From Wolbachia endosymbiont of Dirofilaria (Dirofilaria) immitis (lineage in GTDB: Bacteria; Pseudomonadota; Alphaproteobacteria; Rickettsiales; Anaplasmataceae): 32,000 nt of DNA. Made by a program: the position numbers and the translations under genes. The stretch spans positions 480,001-512,000 of the forward strand of contig NZ_CP046578.1 of the NCBI RefSeq assembly GCF_013365455.1, given 5' to 3'. How positions within the stretch are numbered: the first letter of the stretch is position 1; each line of letters starts with the position of its first letter. The notes below the pieces were generated by a model. It was not told where the DNA came from. It worked only from the letters and a program-made list of their open reading frames with translations, and searched no databases. Below, in pieces: positions 28,552 to 32,000 of the stretch.

Positions 28552-29109
28552 TCATCTCTGATTAACTTTATCACTATTAGCAGTCTCTTTACCTAAACCC
28601 TGTTCAACCTCTTGTTGTTGCAGCTTTTGGCTTTGCAATTTTACTTGCCTTAATTTATACGCATCTATTTCTGATCTAACAACATACACAGCGATTGGCA
28701 CCACTATTTCACTATGAAGCTCTATATTCACTTGGTACTCACCTAAATTTCTTATCCTTACTCCATTAAAAGATATTCTACGGTAATCAATCTCATGTTC
28801 TTGCAAGGACCTTGCAACCTCTCTCGCTGTTATAGAACCAAAAATTTTACCATCTTCAGAAGCTTGCTTTACTAAAATTACAAACTTATCAACAAGAGAT
28901 GCTGCTAGCTCTTTTGCTAAATCTAATTTTCTTATATTTTCTTCTTCTAAAAAGAAACGTTGCTCCTCTAGTTTTGCTATGTTTTCCTTAGTAGCTTTAA
29001 TTGCCTTCTTTTGCGGAAAAAGAAAATTACGTGCGTAGCCAGGCTTCACTTTTACAATCTCGCCTAATTTACCGAGTGTTTTTATACCTTCCTTTAAAAT
29101 CACTAACAT
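28552..29109 (-). CDS. rplI: 50S ribosomal protein L9 (with a Gln-rich C-terminal extension of about 35 aa)
   Basis: It has the L9 N-terminus MLVILKEGIKTLGKLGEIVKVKPGYARNFLFPQKKA. At 185 aa it is longer than the typical length of about 150 aa. Confidence 0.92.
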   Translation of the reverse strand: MLVILKEGIKTLGKLGEIVKVKPGYARNFLFPQKKAIKATKENIAKLEEQRFFLEEENIRKLDLAKELAASLVDKFVILVKQASEDGKIFGSITAREVARSLQEHEIDYRRISFNGVRIRNLGEYQVNIELHSEIVVPIAVYVVRSEIDAYKLRQVKLQSQKLQQQEVEQGLGKETANSDKVNQR

Positions 29110-29116
29110 AAATCAC

Positions 29117-29392
29117 CTAAACTTTTTTAGTACAATAGGGAACAAGACCCAAAAAACGTGCCCTTATAATTGCTAAACGTAATTTTCTTTGTTTTCTTGC
29201 ACATACACCCGTTAATCTTCTAGGTAATATTCTACCGTAGTCAGAAGTAAATTTAGATAACAAATCTGTATTTTTATAATCTATATCCTCATCTTTAGAT
29301 GTAGCAAGAGGACAAATTTTAGAACGCCTAAATCCAGTCCTATTATTCACAGATACATAAGAATCATTAAAACTATTTCGTTTCTTTACCAT
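29117..29392 (-). CDS. rpsR: 30S ribosomal protein S18
   Basis: 91 aa. The sequence CPL....DIDYKNTDLLSKFTSDYGRILPRRLTGVCARKQRKLRLAIIRARFLGLVPY matches the S18 signature. Its ATG overlaps the rpsF TAA as TAATG. Confidence 0.93.
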   Translation of the reverse strand: MVKKRNSFNDSYVSVNNRTGFRRSKICPLATSKDEDIDYKNTDLLSKFTSDYGRILPRRLTGVCARKQRKLRLAIIRARFLGLVPYCTKKV

Positions 29393-30168
29393 TATGCACT
29401 TTGCTCCTCAACTTGTTTATTCATCATATAAGACTTACCTTCAGAAAATTTATCAACCTGTACAGATAAGTAGCGAATAACATTTTCATTAAGCTTTATT
29501 CTACGTATAAATTCGCTCATAACACTTGAAGTAGAGTCTATACACATCATACAGTAATGACCACTCTTCATCTTATTTATCGGATATGCAAAATCTAGTA
29601 AGCCCCAATATTCATATTTTATCAATCCTGGAGCTTCAATATTTTCCAAAAGAATTTCTAATGTTTTACCTAACTTATCCAAGTTTGTTATTTCACAATC
29701 TTTTAAAGTCTCTTGAAAAACCTTTACCAAATTCTCCGAAATGTTTTCTTTTAAAGTGTTCACTACATTACGAATAAAAACACTCTTAGCAGACTGCTTG
29801 CTATTCTCCGAGAGCTTCATAAAATTTTGCGTAACCCTTAAACCTTTTAATCCGTTTTTTAACTCCTTACCAATCTTTAATTTAACCTCTCTCAAATTTG
29901 AAAGATCTCCTGCAAGCTCAATCCACAAAATTTTTACAAGATTTTCCAAAAAATTGGAACAATCAACTAAACTCTCTTGAATAGCATTAGACTGTATTTC
30001 CAATTCTCGCTTTATAAACTTGTTATTCTCCAAAAAGTTTCTTACTTTTCTAAAAATAATATCCCTTTTAATACTTTTTAACAAAACAGCTAGTTCCTGG
30101 ACCATCTCTTCTACTTCCTGCTGTAACAAACCCTGCTGTACTACAAAAGTAAATTCATAAAGACTCAC
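29392..30168 (-). CDS. rpsF: 30S ribosomal protein S6 carrying an internal insertion of about 146 aa
   Basis: The N-terminal 32 aa (MSLYEFTFVVQQGLLQQEVEEMVQELAVLLKS) and residues 179-240 (PGLIKYEYWGLLDFAYPINKMKSGHYCMMCI...NENVIRYLSVQV) align with canonical S6. The order rpsF-rpsR-rplI is conserved. At 258 aa it is much longer than the typical 100-135 aa. Confidence 0.85.
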   Translation of the reverse strand: MSLYEFTFVVQQGLLQQEVEEMVQELAVLLKSIKRDIIFRKVRNFLENNKFIKRELEIQSNAIQESLVDCSNFLENLVKILWIELAGDLSNLREVKLKIGKELKNGLKGLRVTQNFMKLSENSKQSAKSVFIRNVVNTLKENISENLVKVFQETLKDCEITNLDKLGKTLEILLENIEAPGLIKYEYWGLLDFAYPINKMKSGHYCMMCIDSTSSVMSEFIRRIKLNENVIRYLSVQVDKFSEGKSYMMNKQVEEQSA

Positions 30169-30219
30169 TATATTTTCCTTCCTTGATGCCGATCAAATTT
30201 TCCATTATACAAGGATTTT

Positions 30220-32000
30220 TCATATAAGCAAGCTATTTGTATTAATCTCCATACCTTTAACCCAGCTTAAATTAGATATTTCACAAGCAATTTGAGGGGT
30301 AATTGAATATGTATCCGGCAACAAGATACTTACCTTATACTTTCCACAGAAGAGTTTCAACATTATCTTGGTTCTGCCTCCATTTTTTAACACTGAATTT
30401 AGCTCCTTAGCAATTTTTTGCGAGCCTTCATGCCCAGTTAAGACTAACCTCTCAATTATAGAAGTGATTCCATCTGTAAATTCAGATATACCCTTCCCTG
30501 CTAATCTTGTAGTACTTTCTGAAGTTTCAAGGTCAATTATAACAAATGTTCCAGGTAAAAATAGATTTCTTTTCCCTTCTATTATTTTATTATTGTAAAA
30601 TGCTATTTCAGAAATATTATATGGATCAGAAAGTGTGAGTATAACAAACCTTCCACGCTCTGAGGTTCTCATACGCACGTTTAATACTACACCAGCAGTT
30701 TTTGTCGTTCTATTCTCTCCAACAAATCCAATGTTTAATTTTTTTAAAAGAGTTCTAAATTTTTTAAGTGGATGATTAGTTAAGTAAAATCCTAGCGAAA
30801 ATAACTCATGCTCTAGTTTCTCTTCTTCATTAAAATCTTTCGTATCCTCAAGCTTCGGCTTTAGGACATCAAGATTATTAAATAAACCAGTTTGGTTTGA
30901 CTCCTTATTTTGTCTATTTTTATTTGCAAAGTAAATCAATGTATCTATTGACTCATACAACTGCTTTCTGTTTTGATGTACACTATCAAATACCCCAGCC
31001 TTAATTAGGCTTTCTAGAGCTCTTTTATTTATCACATGCCCAGAATCTTGAATAAATTCCCATATATTCTGATAAGTGCCAGAATTTGTGCCTACTATTC
31101 CTTCTGCTATAGAGAAACCAACATTACGCAAAGCAGCAATACCATAGCGTATATGTTTACCTTCTATTGAAAATAGAGCTTGAGACTTATTTACGTCAGG
31201 TGGAAGAACAATAATTCCACAAAGCTTTGCAGTATGATAAAACAAATTCAGTTTATCCCTATCACCGATATTTAAATTCATCAAGGCTGTAAAAAACTCC
31301 AACGGATAGTTGGCCTTAAGGTAAGCCGTTTGATAAGATATCACTGCATATGCAGCTGCATGAGATTTATTAAATCCATAACCAGCAAATTTCGCAACAA
31401 GATCAAAAATATAACTTGCTCTATTATAATCAACACCATTTTTCATTGCTCCTTGGATAAAAAGTTCACGTTGTTTACCCATCTCTTCCTTGATTTTCTT
31501 ACCCATAGCACGCCTTAGTAGATCTGCCTCAGCTAGGCTGTATCCAGATAGAATACGTGCTATTTCCATTACCTGCTCTTGATAAATTATTACTCCAAAT
31601 GTTTCTTTTAATACTCCCTCAAGTAATGGATGGATATAATCTGGTTTTTCAAGTCCGTGTTTTCTTGCAATATAAGTCGGAATGTTATCCATAGGCCCTG
31701 GGCGATAAAGGGAGATCAAAGCGATAATATCTTCGATACAATCTGGTTTTAACTTGATTAAAGACTCTCTCATCCCAGAACTTTCAAGCTGGAACACTCC
31801 AATCGCATCACCTCTTGAGAGCATTTTATAGGTTCTATGATCATTCAAAGAAACTGAAGAAATATCAATTTTTTTTCCATCACGATCAATTAAACGGCAC
31901 ACATGATCTATTAGCGTCAGCGTGCCAAGACCAAGAAAATCAAACTTTATTAGTCCAGCTTTCTCTACATATTTCATGCTATACTGAGTTATTGGCAGAG
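30220..32000 (-). CDS. dnaE: DNA polymerase III alpha subunit, C-terminal 593 codons; the N-terminus lies beyond the right edge of the window
   Basis: The minus-strand frame stays open from the Met at 31977 to nt 32000 (..LPITQYS-MKYVEKAGLIKFDFLGL). DnaE finger and beta-binding region motifs are present: FDFLGL, YRPGPMD, GYGFNKSHAAAYA. The C-terminal OB-fold region is also present. Confidence 0.95.
   Translation of the reverse strand, partial: LPITQYSMKYVEKAGLIKFDFLGLGTLTLIDHVCRLIDRDGKKIDISSVSLNDHRTYKMLSRGDAIGVFQLESSGMRESLIKLKPDCIEDIIALISLYRPGPMDNIPTYIARKHGLEKPDYIHPLLEGVLKETFGVIIYQEQVMEIARILSGYSLAEADLLRRAMGKKIKEEMGKQRELFIQGAMKNGVDYNRASYIFDLVAKFAGYGFNKSHAAAYAVISYQTAYLKANYPLEFFTALMNLNIGDRDKLNLFYHTAKLCGIIVLPPDVNKSQALFSIEGKHIRYGIAALRNVGFSIAEGIVGTNSGTYQNIWEFIQDSGHVINKRALESLIKAGVFDSVHQNRKQLYESIDTLIYFANKNRQNKESNQTGLFNNLDVLKPKLEDTKDFNEEEKLEHELFSLGFYLTNHPLKKFRTLLKKLNIGFVGENRTTKTAGVVLNVRMRTSERGRFVILTLSDPYNISEIAFYNNKIIEGKRNLFLPGTFVIIDLETSESTTRLAGKGISEFTDGITSIIERLVLTGHEGSQKIAKELNSVLKNGGRTKIMLKLFCGKYKVSILLPDTYSITPQIACEISNLSWVKGMEINTNSLLI

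Noticed and set aside
1569-31518. About 20 short ORF-track entries lie antisense to, or nested within, confidently assigned genes. Examples are 1569..1775(-), 3433..3717(-), 4828..5019(-), 6950..7171(+), 7495..7686(+), 7705..7986(+), 11653..11958(+), 11750..11938(-), 14152..14340(+), 20577..20792(+), 21255..21455(+), 21517..21726(+), 22419..22616(+), 23181..23387(-), 29586..29777(+), 29741..29980(+), 30368..30598(+) and 31330..31518(+).
   Set aside because: Each overlaps a long gene with clear family motifs on the other strand or in another frame. Their products are low-complexity (S, L, F, C, H and I rich) with no recognisable motifs. They are typical shadow ORFs.

Overview
This is a strongly AT-rich, gene-sparse stretch of housekeeping chromosome. 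Gene content, gene order, the tRNA-Ile(GAU) sitting outside any rRNA operon, and the kilobase-scale intergenic gaps suggest a reduced obligate-intracellular alphaproteobacterium (Rickettsiales/Anaplasmataceae, Ehrlichia-like). That taxon call is inference only. I support 22 intact protein genes: addA (cut by the left edge), secG, pyrG, tadA, a ProP-like MFS transporter, murE, metC, bolA, coxC, metK, rpmA, rplU, gatB, dnaK, an RNase E/G homologue, rpmG, a small XRE-type HTH protein, purB, rplI, rpsR, rpsF and dnaE (cut by the right edge). There are also 2 tRNAs, several sigma70-like promoters and two gene remnants. Summing my calls gives about 22 kb of 32 kb coding (about 69 percent). I found no CRISPR array, IS or transposon, integrase, phage module, toxin-antitoxin pair or recognisable defence or secretion system, and I cannot honestly point to a novel multi-gene system here. 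The observations most worth a second look are listed below.
- ruvC has decayed to a 388-nt pseudogene wedged between intact genes.
- Ribosomal protein S6 carries an in-frame insertion of about 146 aa.
- The purB stop codon lies inside a tRNA.
- A G8 homopolymer sits in a 1.1-kb gap.
- A perfect 35-bp palindrome lies between dnaK and gatB.
- A tract between gatB and rplU is extremely G-depleted.
- A stop-depleted methyltransferase-like remnant lies inside a 2.85-kb gap.
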